Source: Vicinamibacteria bacterium
Lineage (GTDB): Bacteria > Acidobacteriota > Vicinamibacteria > Marinacidobacterales > Marinacidobacteraceae
Length of the DNA: 64,000 nucleotides
NCBI GenBank assembly: GCA_963422395.1
Contig: OY729431.1
Location: forward strand, 896,001-960,000
Direction of reading: 5' to 3'
The translations under genes were made by a program, and so were the position numbers. The notes under the pieces are model-generated. The model searched no databases and was not told the DNA's origin. It saw nothing but the letters and a program-made list of their open reading frames with translations. Positions 19,587-28,588 of this stretch are shown here, piece after piece. The number at the start of each line of letters is the position of its first letter. The stretch's first letter is position 1.

Positions 19587-20510
19587 GTGAGCGAGAAAGC
19601 CGTCTGCCTGCTCGGGGTTCCGTTGGACCTGGGTGCCGGGCGTCGCGGAGTGGACATGGGGCCGTCGGCGATGCGGCGGGCGGGAATCGCGGGGAGGCTT
19701 CGGCGGCTCGGCTTTTCGGTAGCGGATGGCGGCAACCTCGAGGCGCCGGTCGCGGAGGCGCTCGACGGCCCCGGCGGGGGGAACGCGCACTATCTCGGCG
19801 AGGTGGTGCAGGTGCTCGAGGCCCTCGCGCTCCGGGTGCGGCGGGAGCGGGAACGGGGCTTTCTCCCCGTGGTGCTCGGCGGCGATCACTCGATCGCGCT
19901 CGGAACCGTCTCCGGGATGACCGGCGGGGGCGCCGGGCGGCTCGGTCTCTTGTGGGTGGATGCCCACGCCGATGCGAACACTCCGGAAACCTCTCCGAGC
20001 GGCAACCTCCACGGGATGCCGGTGGCGGCGCTCTTCGGCCGGGGCCCCGAGGCGCTGACTCGGGTCGGCGGTTTCGCCCCCGGATCGACGCGCCTCGATC
20101 CGGCGAACACCGCGCTGATCGGCGTGCGGAGCGTGGACGAGCCCGAGGCGGAGGTGGTCGCCGGGCTCGGAGTGCGGGTGTACACGATGGAAGAGGTGGA
20201 CCGGCGCGGCATCGGCCCGGTGGCGGACGAGGCGGTGGCCCGGGCACTCGACGGAACTCTCGGATTCCACCTGAGCCTCGATGTGGACGCCCTCGATCCG
20301 AGCGTCGCCCCCGGCGTCGGGACCCCCGAACCGGGCGGACTCACCTACCGAGAAGCCCACACGCTCATGGAAGCGGCGGCGGCGAGCGGCGGACTCCGCT
20401 CCCTCGAAGTGGCCGAGGTGAATCCCATCCTCGACATCCGCAACCAGACTGCCGAGGTCGCGGTGGAACTCGTGGCCTCCGCGCTCGGCAAGCGGATTCT
20501 GCGCGGGTGA
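19587..20510 (+). CDS. rocF: Arginase
   Basis: GAGRRGVDMGPSA, LGGDHSIA, DAHADANTPETSPSGNLHGMP, SLDVDALDP and EVNP motifs. Confidence 0.95.
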   Translation: MSEKAVCLLGVPLDLGAGRRGVDMGPSAMRRAGIAGRLRRLGFSVADGGNLEAPVAEALDGPGGGNAHYLGEVVQVLEALALRVRRERERGFLPVVLGGDHSIALGTVSGMTGGGAGRLGLLWVDAHADANTPETSPSGNLHGMPVAALFGRGPEALTRVGGFAPGSTRLDPANTALIGVRSVDEPEAEVVAGLGVRVYTMEEVDRRGIGPVADEAVARALDGTLGFHLSLDVDALDPSVAPGVGTPEPGGLTYREAHTLMEAAAASGGLRSLEVAEVNPILDIRNQTAEVAVELVASALGKRILRG

Positions 20511-21253
20511 ATCCTGTCCGAGCCTGCCCGATGACCGCCGTCGTTCGAGAGGTCCGGCTTTCCGACGGGGCCGGGGGGTCGGTGAGCGGCCGGATCCACG
20601 AAGCGGCGCCAGGAGCCGGGAAGCGTCCGGAGCCCACTCTGGCGCTGACCCACGGGGCCGGGGGTGATCTGGAGACGCCCGGCCTCGTTGCTCTCGGTGC
20701 CCAGCTGGCCTCCCGGGGGATTCGAGTGCTGCGCTTCAACCTGCCTGCCGCCGAAGCCGGCAGAAGGCGTCCCGACCGACCTGCCGCCGCCCTCCGGACG
20801 ATCACCGCCGCTGCGGGCTGGGCGCGGGAGGCCTTCGACGGACCGCTCTTTCTGGGCGGACGTTCCTTCGGGGGGCGGATGGCGTCCCTGCTGCTCGCCG
20901 ACCCGGCGGCCCCGATTTGCCGGCAGGTGGCGGGGGCGGTGTTTCTCGCCTATCCGCTGAAGCCGCCGGGAAAGCCCGAAATTCCGGCCCAGCGCGTGGC
21001 GCACCTGAGCCGCATCGGGCTGCCGATGCTCTTCGTGAGCGGCGACCGGGATCCCTTCGCACCGCCGCTCCTCCTCGAACGGGCGGCGGTTGAAGCGGGC
21101 GCCGAGGCCGAGGTCTGCCGGATCGCGGGAGGCGACCACGGATTCCGAGTGGCGAAGCCGCTGCTCGCGGCTTCGGGACGCTCCCCGGAGGAGGTCGAGG
21201 GGGAGATCGCCGGGGCAGTCCTCAGCTTCGTCACCCGCACGACCGAGGCCTGA
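20507..21253 (+). CDS. Alpha/beta hydrolase (KANL3/Tex30-like)
   Basis: HGAGG, GGRSFGGRMAS, LAYPL, GDRDPF and GGDHGF motifs; start is 20507 (GTG) or 20531 (ATG). Confidence 0.85.
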   Translation: MNPVRACPMTAVVREVRLSDGAGGSVSGRIHEAAPGAGKRPEPTLALTHGAGGDLETPGLVALGAQLASRGIRVLRFNLPAAEAGRRRPDRPAAALRTITAAAGWAREAFDGPLFLGGRSFGGRMASLLLADPAAPICRQVAGAVFLAYPLKPPGKPEIPAQRVAHLSRIGLPMLFVSGDRDPFAPPLLLERAAVEAGAEAEVCRIAGGDHGFRVAKPLLAASGRSPEEVEGEIAGAVLSFVTRTTEA

Positions 21254-21382
21254 GAACGCCACCGATCCTGCCCGCGCGCCAAAGTCGGGAGCCCTCGCAG
21301 GAGTCCGCCGACTCCACGACCCCATCCTCCGAAGAGCCGGACCGGCGAACCGCCGGGGCCGCGGCGATGCGCTCGGGAGCTT

Positions 21383-22378
21383 CTACTGCCCGGCTTCGGC
21401 GTTTTGGAGTGCGTAGCGGGCGACTTCTTCATGGGTGGCGTACCAGACGCCGCCCACTGCGTTCATGTGTTCGATCAGCCGGTCGAGCATCGCTATCCGC
21501 GAGCGGTGTCCGATGACATGGGGGTGCATGGTCAACAGGAACAGGCCCCCCTCGGCGTGTGCCATGTCGAACTCCGCCCGCCAGATGGAAAGCACATCGT
21601 CCGGAGTGGAATGGGGGCGGATCGCCGAGTAGCGGCTGAATCCGAAATAGGGCGCGTCGTCGAGGATCCACTCCACCGGCAGCTCGACGAGTCCGGTAGC
21701 CTCGCCGTTCGCGACCACTTCGTAGGGCCAGTCATCGGCCATCAGGCTGGAGTCGTAGAGGAACCCGAGGTCCCGAACGATCTGGAGCGTATTCGGGCTG
21801 TAGTCCCACGACGGAGTGCGAAGTCCCACCGGGCGCCTGCCGGTGAGCTCGGTGAGGGTGTCCACCGCCTGCTGGATCAGCCGGCGTTCCTCGTCTCCGG
21901 GGAGAAGGGAGTTGCGCTCGTGGATCCAGCCGTGGACGCCGATCTCGTGCCCGCCGGCGACGATCCGCGACACATCCTCCCGGTAGAGCAGCGCGCTGAC
22001 CGCGGGAATGAAGAAGGACGCGCGGATTCCGCGGCGTTCGAGCAAGTCGAGCACCCGGGGGAGTCCGGCCCGCGACCCGTACTGCCCGCGCGAGAGGTTG
22101 GAGGCGGTCGTGTTGCCGTCCCGCAGAGACACCGTTTCGTTGTCGAAATCGAAGGAGAGCGCGACGGCCACCCGCGCGCCCCCGGGCCACGACGAGGGAG
22201 CGAGCCGCCGGCCGGCGCGCACTGCCTCGATGGGTGCCCGCCACTCGGCCTCGGTCCATTGCCAAGGCGGCCGTTCGGCCTCCTCTCCGGGTCCCGAGCG
22301 TTCGCCGGAGGCACAGGCGGCGAACCCCGAACCGAGAACGAGCCCCGAACCGAGAACGAGATTCGCTACGCCGCGCAT
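21383..22378 (-). CDS. Polysaccharide deacetylase (CE4) family lipoprotein
   Basis: SFDFD, HEIGVHGWIHE, GLRTPSW, YDSSLM and TMHPH motifs; lipoprotein-like signal with a tandem 18-bp LVLGSG repeat. Confidence 0.88.
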   Translation of the reverse strand: MRGVANLVLGSGLVLGSGFAACASGERSGPGEEAERPPWQWTEAEWRAPIEAVRAGRRLAPSSWPGGARVAVALSFDFDNETVSLRDGNTTASNLSRGQYGSRAGLPRVLDLLERRGIRASFFIPAVSALLYREDVSRIVAGGHEIGVHGWIHERNSLLPGDEERRLIQQAVDTLTELTGRRPVGLRTPSWDYSPNTLQIVRDLGFLYDSSLMADDWPYEVVANGEATGLVELPVEWILDDAPYFGFSRYSAIRPHSTPDDVLSIWRAEFDMAHAEGGLFLLTMHPHVIGHRSRIAMLDRLIEHMNAVGGVWYATHEEVARYALQNAEAGQ

Positions 22379-22389
22379 GAGGACGGATT

Positions 22390-22584
22390 CTAGTAGTCCG
22401 TGGATTAAGTGGCGCGAGCACCGAGACCGGGGAGACGCCTGGCGGACAAGGCGCGAATCGGGAGGCATACCGGGTGTATTCCGACGGATTCGCAACGAAG
22501 AGCGAAGCGGTTCAGCCAGGGCCCCCACCGGGAGAACTGGGCATCTCCGGTCGAATGCCGTGTGACTTTGTCCACGGGCTGCTA
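22390..22584 (+). mobile_element. MITE-like repeat, copy 2
   Basis: CTAGTAGTCCGTGGATTAAGT ... ACTTTGTCCACGGGCTGCTA; core nearly identical to copy 1. Confidence 0.85.
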
Positions 22585-22641
22585 TGCCCGACGCGGTCAT
22601 CGCCGGCCTCGCCTTCCCCGGGGGATACTCGGTATTGCCGG

Positions 22642-23922
22642 TCAGCGCGGTCCGAAGATCCAGGACATTCCGATCGTGAAGGTATCTTGGCTCTTCGAAA
22701 GGCCCTCGGAGCAGCCGGAGCAGCTGAAGAAGTCGGCGTCGGACCAGTCACGCCGATACTCGAAGCGGGTGAGGAAGCGCGGGTCGCTGGCGACCGGCTG
22801 GAACTCGAGAGTCAGAGTGTTCTCCATGAGCATCTGTTCGATTCCGGTAGAGCGCGCCTCCCGGTCGTTCATGAACTCGTAGCGCTCTGCGATGCGCACC
22901 CGATCGTTCAGGTGGTAGCGGAGGTACCCGCCGAGCCCCCAGGAGGCGGCAGCAGTCCCGGTCTCGTCGGTCGCGGAGATGTAGTCCATGTTCACCATGG
23001 CCTCGAACCGCTCGCTCGCCCCGAACCAGGCGTTCCAGCTCAGATCCCGAAGCCAGCCGTCGTTGGTCCCGGCGTTTTCGGGGCCGTTGATCCAGGTCAT
23101 GGTGGTGTTGAATCGGTCGTTCGGCGCGAGGGAGCCTTGGAGGCCGTAGGATTTGCCGCTGTTCTGGTCCCAGGCGTTGTCGAAGCCGTTGACCAGCAGC
23201 AGGGTTCCGCTGAAGGTTTCGGTCAGCGGCACTCCCAGCCGCGCTCCGAGGTGGGAGAACGGCTCGTTCCAGGCCCAGAGGATGCCCCGGGTGTAGTTCC
23301 AGTTGAGGTGTGACTCGGCGACCTCCAGCCCGGCGATCGTCCCGAACAGCCCCACATCGAGCTGTGCGCCGCCGCTGAATCGGTAGTAGCCGTATGCCTG
23401 CTGCAGGTAGAGCACATCGGCGAGCGGCCCCGGCTCGAGGCCGTCCCGGAACAGGCGGGCTCCCGAGCCGAACCAGATGTCCGAGCGAAAACCGAAGGGG
23501 CCGTCACCGACGGTCTCGATCTCGAGTTTGACCTGGTTGAGCCCGAATCCGCGAGCGTTGGGGTTCGTGTAGTAGAGAGTGTTCGTCCCGTCCTCGGGGG
23601 CCCCCGCGTTGTGGGTGTAATAGGTGTCCACGAGGCCGGTGATGGACAGCGGTTGTCCACCGGTGCTGGCGAGCCCTTCGGGTAGGGGCGCGGGGGCCTC
23701 CTGCGCCGGGGCTGCCGCCTCCGCCCTGCGGGCGGCCGCGAGCGTCCCGAGCATCGCCTCGAGATCCTCGATGCGCTCCCTGAGCGACGCGAGTTCGGCG
23801 CGGATCTCGGCCTCGATGGTCGTGGCGGAAGCGGCTGCCCGCACCTCTTCGGCGGCAGCCGATGCGGCGGCGAGCGCACCCCCGGTGAGGATGACGAGAG
23901 TGCGGGGAAAGCTGCTGTTCAT
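22642..23922 (-). CDS. Outer-membrane beta-barrel porin (BBP2/DUF1597-like)
   Basis: Signal peptide, short coiled coil, then GLVDTYY, LQQAYG, NWNYTRG, EPFSHLG, RYE and RFEYRRD strands; GGAGG RBS. Confidence 0.75.
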   Translation of the reverse strand: MNSSFPRTLVILTGGALAAASAAAEEVRAAASATTIEAEIRAELASLRERIEDLEAMLGTLAAARRAEAAAPAQEAPAPLPEGLASTGGQPLSITGLVDTYYTHNAGAPEDGTNTLYYTNPNARGFGLNQVKLEIETVGDGPFGFRSDIWFGSGARLFRDGLEPGPLADVLYLQQAYGYYRFSGGAQLDVGLFGTIAGLEVAESHLNWNYTRGILWAWNEPFSHLGARLGVPLTETFSGTLLLVNGFDNAWDQNSGKSYGLQGSLAPNDRFNTTMTWINGPENAGTNDGWLRDLSWNAWFGASERFEAMVNMDYISATDETGTAAASWGLGGYLRYHLNDRVRIAERYEFMNDREARSTGIEQMLMENTLTLEFQPVASDPRFLTRFEYRRDWSDADFFSCSGCSEGLSKSQDTFTIGMSWIFGPR

Positions 23923-24008
23923 GATCCTCCTACCTCTACCCGGAGATACGGCCGGCTGTGGGCCGGACGAGAGGCGAGAACGGTAAACTGTATCGTCTCC
24001 GCTGCGCC

Positions 24009-24587
24009 GTGCACGACCCTTCCGCCCTTGCCGTGAACCTGCCGGCAGTGTCCCCGGGGGGAGAGCGAATCGCCGTTGCGGCCGACGGGGATGCACTCGA
24101 ATTTTCGAAAGCGGACTTCGCTGTCGAAGGCTCTCTCCGTCTCGACGGACGGATCGAGCGGCTGGATCGCGACGGTTTCCGGCTTCGGGCGCGCCTCGGC
24201 GGCATCCTGCAACTGGAGTGCGGGCGCTGTCTCGGCCCGGTCGAGCGACCTCTCGACGAGGCCCTCGACCTCGTGTATCTGCCCCAGTGTCCGGTGCCGG
24301 CCGCGAGCGGGTCCCGGCCCCGGGAGAACGGCAGCGAGCGACCGCTCGAAGCTTCCGACATGAATGTGTCGTTCTACGAGGGCGACTCGCTCGATCTCCG
24401 CGCGACTTTTCGGGAGCAGGTCCATCTCGCAGTGCCGGTGAAACCGCTCTGCTCCGAAGACTGTCTCGGCCTTTGCCCATCGTGCGGCGCCGACCAGAAC
24501 CGCGGCCCCGGTTGCCGCTGCGGCGATCTGGCCACGCGCCCGACAGGCGGACTCGCCGGGCTGCGAAACCTGCTGGCGCCGCGGTAG
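24009..24587 (+). CDS. yceD: DUF177 (YceD) family protein; start uncertain
   Basis: ECGRCL and PLCSEDCLGLCPSCG motifs; lies upstream of rpmF. Confidence 0.88.
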   Translation: MHDPSALAVNLPAVSPGGERIAVAADGDALEFSKADFAVEGSLRLDGRIERLDRDGFRLRARLGGILQLECGRCLGPVERPLDEALDLVYLPQCPVPAASGSRPRENGSERPLEASDMNVSFYEGDSLDLRATFREQVHLAVPVKPLCSEDCLGLCPSCGADQNRGPGCRCGDLATRPTGGLAGLRNLLAPR

Positions 24588-24591
24588 AGAC

Positions 24592-24714
24592 GCCGGCCCG
24601 CCCCGATCTACCCGCTGCGATTCCGTCACTCCCGGTATGCCTCCCGAATCGCGCCTCGTCAGCCGGGCGCCTCCCCGACCTTGGGGCTCGCGCCACTTCA
24701 TCCACAGGCTGCTA
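24592..24714 (-). mobile_element. MITE-like repeat, copy 4 (partial, diverged)
   Basis: CCCGGTATGCCTCCCGAATCGCGCCTCGTCAGCC...CGCGCCACTTCATCCACAGGCTGCTA matches the end of copy 3. Confidence 0.78.
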
Positions 24715-24744
24715 ACCGCTCATCCGTTCAGAGGAGTTTCTGCA

Positions 24745-24927
24745 ATGCCCCAACCCAAAAGGCGCCACTCCCCGGGCCGCCGGAATCGCCGCCGGGCGCA
24801 TGACGGATTGTCCCCTCCCGGCTTTTCGATCTGCACCGAGTGCCAACGCCGGATCCGCCCCCATGTGGTCTGCCCGCACTGCGGCCACTACAAGGGCAAG
24901 AAGGTCGTTGAAGTCGACGCTTCGTAG
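24745..24927 (+). CDS. rpmF: 50S ribosomal protein L32
   Basis: MPQPKRRHS...RRRAH...CTEC...PHVVCPHCGHYKGK; GAGGAG RBS. Confidence 0.96.
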   Translation: MPQPKRRHSPGRRNRRRAHDGLSPPGFSICTECQRRIRPHVVCPHCGHYKGKKVVEVDAS

Positions 24928-25014
24928 CGGGACCGGCGCGGCTTCGCCGAAAATTGTTTTTCGAACGGTTTGGGTGCTCCCCCGGTTTCCGGTGCGGGCG
25001 GTGAGGAGCCTTTC

Positions 25015-25953
25015 GTGAGCAGCACCGCCTTCCTCTTCCCCGGGCAGGGCTCCCAGCGCCCGGGAATGGGCCGTGCGCTCGCGGAGGCGTTCCCCGAGTC
25101 GCGGGCGGTCTTCGAGGAAGCCGACGATGTTCTGGGTGAGCGATTGTCCACCCTCTGTTTCGAGGGGCCCGCCGAGGATCTTTGCCGGACCCGAAACACC
25201 CAGCCCGCGCTGCTCGCGGTGAGCGTGGCGGCGTTTCGGGCGGTGGCCGCCCGCGGCGCCCTCTGCGAGATGGCGGCGGGGCACAGCCTCGGGGAGTATT
25301 CGGCGCTCGTCGCCCTCGGTGGTCTCGATTTCGCCGACGCGCTGCGGCTCACTCGCCGCCGGGGGGAATTCATGCAGGCGGCAGTCCCCGAAGGCGAGGG
25401 AGCGATGGCCGCGGTTCTCGGCCTGCCCGCCGCTATCGTGGTCCGGATCACGGAAGAGCGAAGCCGGCGCGGCCCGGGAGTCGTCGAGATCGCGAACCGG
25501 AACGGCGGCGGCCAGACGGTGATCGGCGGCCACGCCGCAGCGGTCGCCGATGCCGGCGAGGCGCTGAAGGCGGCCGGCGCTCGGCGGGTGGTTCCGCTTC
25601 CGGTCAGCGCGCCCTTCCACACCAGCCTGATGGCTCCGGCCGCCGCTGCCATCTCCCCCGAACTCGACGCCGTTTCCTTCGGCGATCTCTCGGCGCCGCT
25701 CTGGACCAATGTGGAGGCCGCGCCCATCCGCGCCGGCGTCGAAGCCCGAGAAGCCCTCCGCCGTCAGGTAGTTTCCCCGGTTCGTTGGGAAGACACTCTC
25801 CTCGGCATGGAGGCGGCCGGCGCTCTGCGCTTCGTCGAGATCGGCGAGGGCCGGGTGCTCACCGGGCTCGTCCGCAAGGTGGTGCGCGGGGCGGAGACGC
25901 TCTCCGTTTCGGATCCTACGGGGGTCGAAACTCTGTGCGGAGCCCCGGCGTGA
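25015..25953 (+). CDS. fabD: Malonyl-CoA:ACP transacylase
   Basis: FPGQGSQ, TQPAL, GHSLGEYSAL and VSAPFHT motifs. Confidence 0.95.
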   Translation: MSSTAFLFPGQGSQRPGMGRALAEAFPESRAVFEEADDVLGERLSTLCFEGPAEDLCRTRNTQPALLAVSVAAFRAVAARGALCEMAAGHSLGEYSALVALGGLDFADALRLTRRRGEFMQAAVPEGEGAMAAVLGLPAAIVVRITEERSRRGPGVVEIANRNGGGQTVIGGHAAAVADAGEALKAAGARRVVPLPVSAPFHTSLMAPAAAAISPELDAVSFGDLSAPLWTNVEAAPIRAGVEAREALRRQVVSPVRWEDTLLGMEAAGALRFVEIGEGRVLTGLVRKVVRGAETLSVSDPTGVETLCGAPA

Positions 25954-26702
25954 GCCGCTTCGAAGGCCAGACGGCGTTGGTCACCGGAGGCACCCGGGGG
26001 ATCGGCCGCGCGATCGCGGCGCGGATCGCCGCCGAGGGCGCCCGAGTGTGGTTGACCGGCACCGATGCGGCCCGCGCCGAAGCCGTCGCCATCGAAATCG
26101 CCGCCGAACTCGACGACGACCGCAGCCGGGTGCGGGGGCTCCGCCTCGACTTCGCCGATCCCGAATCGGTGAAGCGATGTTTCGGCGAAGCGGGCGCGGA
26201 CGGCGGGCTGCAGGTGCTGGTCAACAACGCCGGCATCGCTCGCGACGGCCTGCTCGTGCGCCAGTCGGCCGCTGCATGGCGCGAGGTGCTCGGCACGAAC
26301 CTGGACAGCCTCCACACTTGCTGCCAGGAGGCGGTCCGGCCTATGATCCGCGCTCGTTACGGCCGGATCGTCAACCTGAGTTCCATCGTGGGACTTCGCG
26401 GTGGGGCTGGTCAGACCGCCTACGCGGCCTCGAAAGCCGGGATCGTCGGGTTCACCAAGGCGCTCGCCAAGGAACTGGCGCGGCGGAACATCACCGTGAA
26501 CGCGGTCGCGCCGGGTCTGGTCGCGACCGACATGACGAAGTCCCTGTTGGAGTCGGGCCGCGATTCGTTCTCGAGTTCGATCGCGATGGCGCGCCCCGGA
26601 ACCCCGGAGGAGGTCGCTGCCGCGGTCGCATTCCTCGCTTCCCCGGAGGCGAGTTACATCACCGGCGCGGTGCTCGAAGTCACCGGAGGGCTCGCGCTCT
26701 AG
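25950..26702 (+). CDS. fabG: 3-oxoacyl-ACP reductase
   Basis: TGGTRGIG, LVNNAGIARD, YAASKAG and VNAVAPG motifs; lies between fabD and acpP. Confidence 0.93.
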   Translation: MSRFEGQTALVTGGTRGIGRAIAARIAAEGARVWLTGTDAARAEAVAIEIAAELDDDRSRVRGLRLDFADPESVKRCFGEAGADGGLQVLVNNAGIARDGLLVRQSAAAWREVLGTNLDSLHTCCQEAVRPMIRARYGRIVNLSSIVGLRGGAGQTAYAASKAGIVGFTKALAKELARRNITVNAVAPGLVATDMTKSLLESGRDSFSSSIAMARPGTPEEVAAAVAFLASPEASYITGAVLEVTGGLAL

Positions 26703-26756
26703 CCTTACCCGACGGGGCCACGGGCCCCGAAAAGTACGATTCAGGAGAAATCCGCC

Positions 26757-27041
26757 ATGACGGACCAGTCGAAGGAAAAAGACGGCGCCCCGGAAGTCGA
26801 GGAGTTGCCGGTGGACGAGCGCGTCCGCGAGCTGATCTGCGATCAGCTCTCGACGGCGCCCGACGAGGTGATTCCCGAAGCGAGCTTCGTGAACGATCTG
26901 AACGCGGACTCGCTGGACATGGTCGAGCTGCTGATGGCGCTCGAAGAGAATTTCGGCATCGACATCTCGGAACACGAGGCCGAGCGGATCCAGACCGTGG
27001 GCGATGCGGTGGCTTTCATCGAGCAGCGGCTCAAGGCCTAG
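26757..27041 (+). CDS. acpP: Acyl carrier protein
   Basis: [20 protein letters not shown] phosphopantetheine motif. Confidence 0.95.
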   Translation: MTDQSKEKDGAPEVEELPVDERVRELICDQLSTAPDEVIPEASFVNDLNADSLDMVELLMALEENFGIDISEHEAERIQTVGDAVAFIEQRLKA

Positions 27042-27233
27042 CCGCCCGTGGCCAAAGTCACACGGCAGTCGACCGGCGATGCCCAGTCCTCCCGGTGGGG
27101 GCCCTGGCTGAACCGCTTCGCTCTTCGTTGCGAATCCGTCGGAATACGCCCGGTATGCCTCCCGATTCGCGCCTTGTCAGCCAGGAGCCTCCCCGGTCTC
27201 GGTGCTCGCGCCACTTCATCCACGGACTGCTAA
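27038..27233 (-). mobile_element. MITE-like repeat, copy 3 (inverted orientation; overlaps the acpP TAG stop)
   Basis: Reverse complement of copies 1 and 2; ends are CTAGCCGCCCGTGGCCAAAGT ... ACTTCATCCACGGACTGCTAA. Confidence 0.85.
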
Positions 27234-27323
27234 GCGTCCGGCGCTGGGCACCCACGATCGGAGCCAGCCGGGAGAGTCCCGGCGAGCCGGAGATTTCGAA
27301 GCCCGCCCGAGACCGGAGGTGAG

Positions 27324-28574
27324 ATGACCGCCCGCCGGGTGCTGGTTACCGGGGTAGGGCTGGTGTCGCCCTTGGGGGTGGGGACTCGCGCGACCTGGAC
27401 CGGAATCGCCGCCGGAATTTCGGGGGCCGGCCCCATCACCCACTTCGACGCTTCCGGCTTCTCCTCGCGGATCGCCGGTGAAGTTCCGGGCTTCGACCCG
27501 CTCGACTACGCCGACCGGCGCGAAGCGCGCAAGATGGACACCTTCATCCACTACGCGCTCGCCGCTTCGCTCTTCGCGGCCGAGGACGCCGGCCTTTCCC
27601 TCCCGGTGGAGCATCCGGAGCGAACCGGGGTCATCGTGGGCTCCGGCATCGGCGGCTTCGAGACCATCGAACGGGAGCACCGCAAGCTGCTCGAACGCGG
27701 CCCGCGCCGTATTTCGCCTTTCTTCGTGCCCGCGATGGTCGTCAACCTGGCGGCGGGGCAGGTCTCCATTCGGCTCGGTGCCAAGGGGCCGAACGCCGCG
27801 CCGGCGACCGCATGTTCTGCGGGGGCGCACGCGGTGGGCGATGCCTTCCGACTCATCCGCTACGGCTACGCCGACGCGATGGTGGCCGGCGGGGCGGAGG
27901 CGACGATCACTCCGATGTGCATCGGCGGCTTCGCGTCGCTCCGCGCGCTTTCCACGCGGAACGAGGACCCGGCGCGCGCCTCGCGCCCCTTCGACCGCGA
28001 CCGCGACGGTTTCGTGGTCGGGGAGGGAGCGGGGATCCTCGTCCTGGAAGAACGGGAGCGCGCCCTCGCCCGCGGCGTCGCTCCCTATGCGGAGATCGTG
28101 GGCTACGGGATGACCGGCGACGCTTTCCACATCACTGCGCCTGCCGAAGACGGGGACGGAGCGGTCCGGGTGATGCGGGCCGCACTCGCCGAGGCGAACG
28201 CTTCGCCGGAGGAAGTGGACGCAGTGAATGCGCACGGCACTTCCACCCCGCTGAACGACAGGATCGAGACGGCGGCTATCCGGCGAGTTTTCGGCGAACA
28301 CGCCGACCGGCTCGCGGTCAGCTCCACGAAGTCCATGACCGGGCACCTGCTCGGCGGTGCCGGCGGCCTCGAAGCCGGTATCGCCTGTCTCACCCTTCGC
28401 CACCAGCTGCTGCCGCCGACGATCAATCACGAGACGCCGGACCCGGATTGCGACCTCGACATCGTGCCGAACACCGCCCGTCCGGCGGAAGTTCAGGCAG
28501 TACTCTCCAACTCGTTCGGATTCGGCGGGACGAATGCCTCGCTGCTGTTCCGCCACCCCGACGCATCCGCCTGA
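27324..28574 (+). CDS. fabF: Beta-ketoacyl-ACP synthase II
   Basis: ATACSAG, NAHGTSTP, STKSMTGHLLG and SNSFGFGG motifs. Confidence 0.96.
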   Translation: MTARRVLVTGVGLVSPLGVGTRATWTGIAAGISGAGPITHFDASGFSSRIAGEVPGFDPLDYADRREARKMDTFIHYALAASLFAAEDAGLSLPVEHPERTGVIVGSGIGGFETIEREHRKLLERGPRRISPFFVPAMVVNLAAGQVSIRLGAKGPNAAPATACSAGAHAVGDAFRLIRYGYADAMVAGGAEATITPMCIGGFASLRALSTRNEDPARASRPFDRDRDGFVVGEGAGILVLEERERALARGVAPYAEIVGYGMTGDAFHITAPAEDGDGAVRVMRAALAEANASPEEVDAVNAHGTSTPLNDRIETAAIRRVFGEHADRLAVSSTKSMTGHLLGGAGGLEAGIACLTLRHQLLPPTINHETPDPDCDLDIVPNTARPAEVQAVLSNSFGFGGTNASLLFRHPDASA

Positions 28575-28588
28575 TCCGGTACCTGGCC

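Noticed and set aside
22325-22360. 18-bp tandem repeat (LVLGSG x2) in the deacetylase signal peptide
   Set aside because: Only two in-frame units, with no evidence of a switching function
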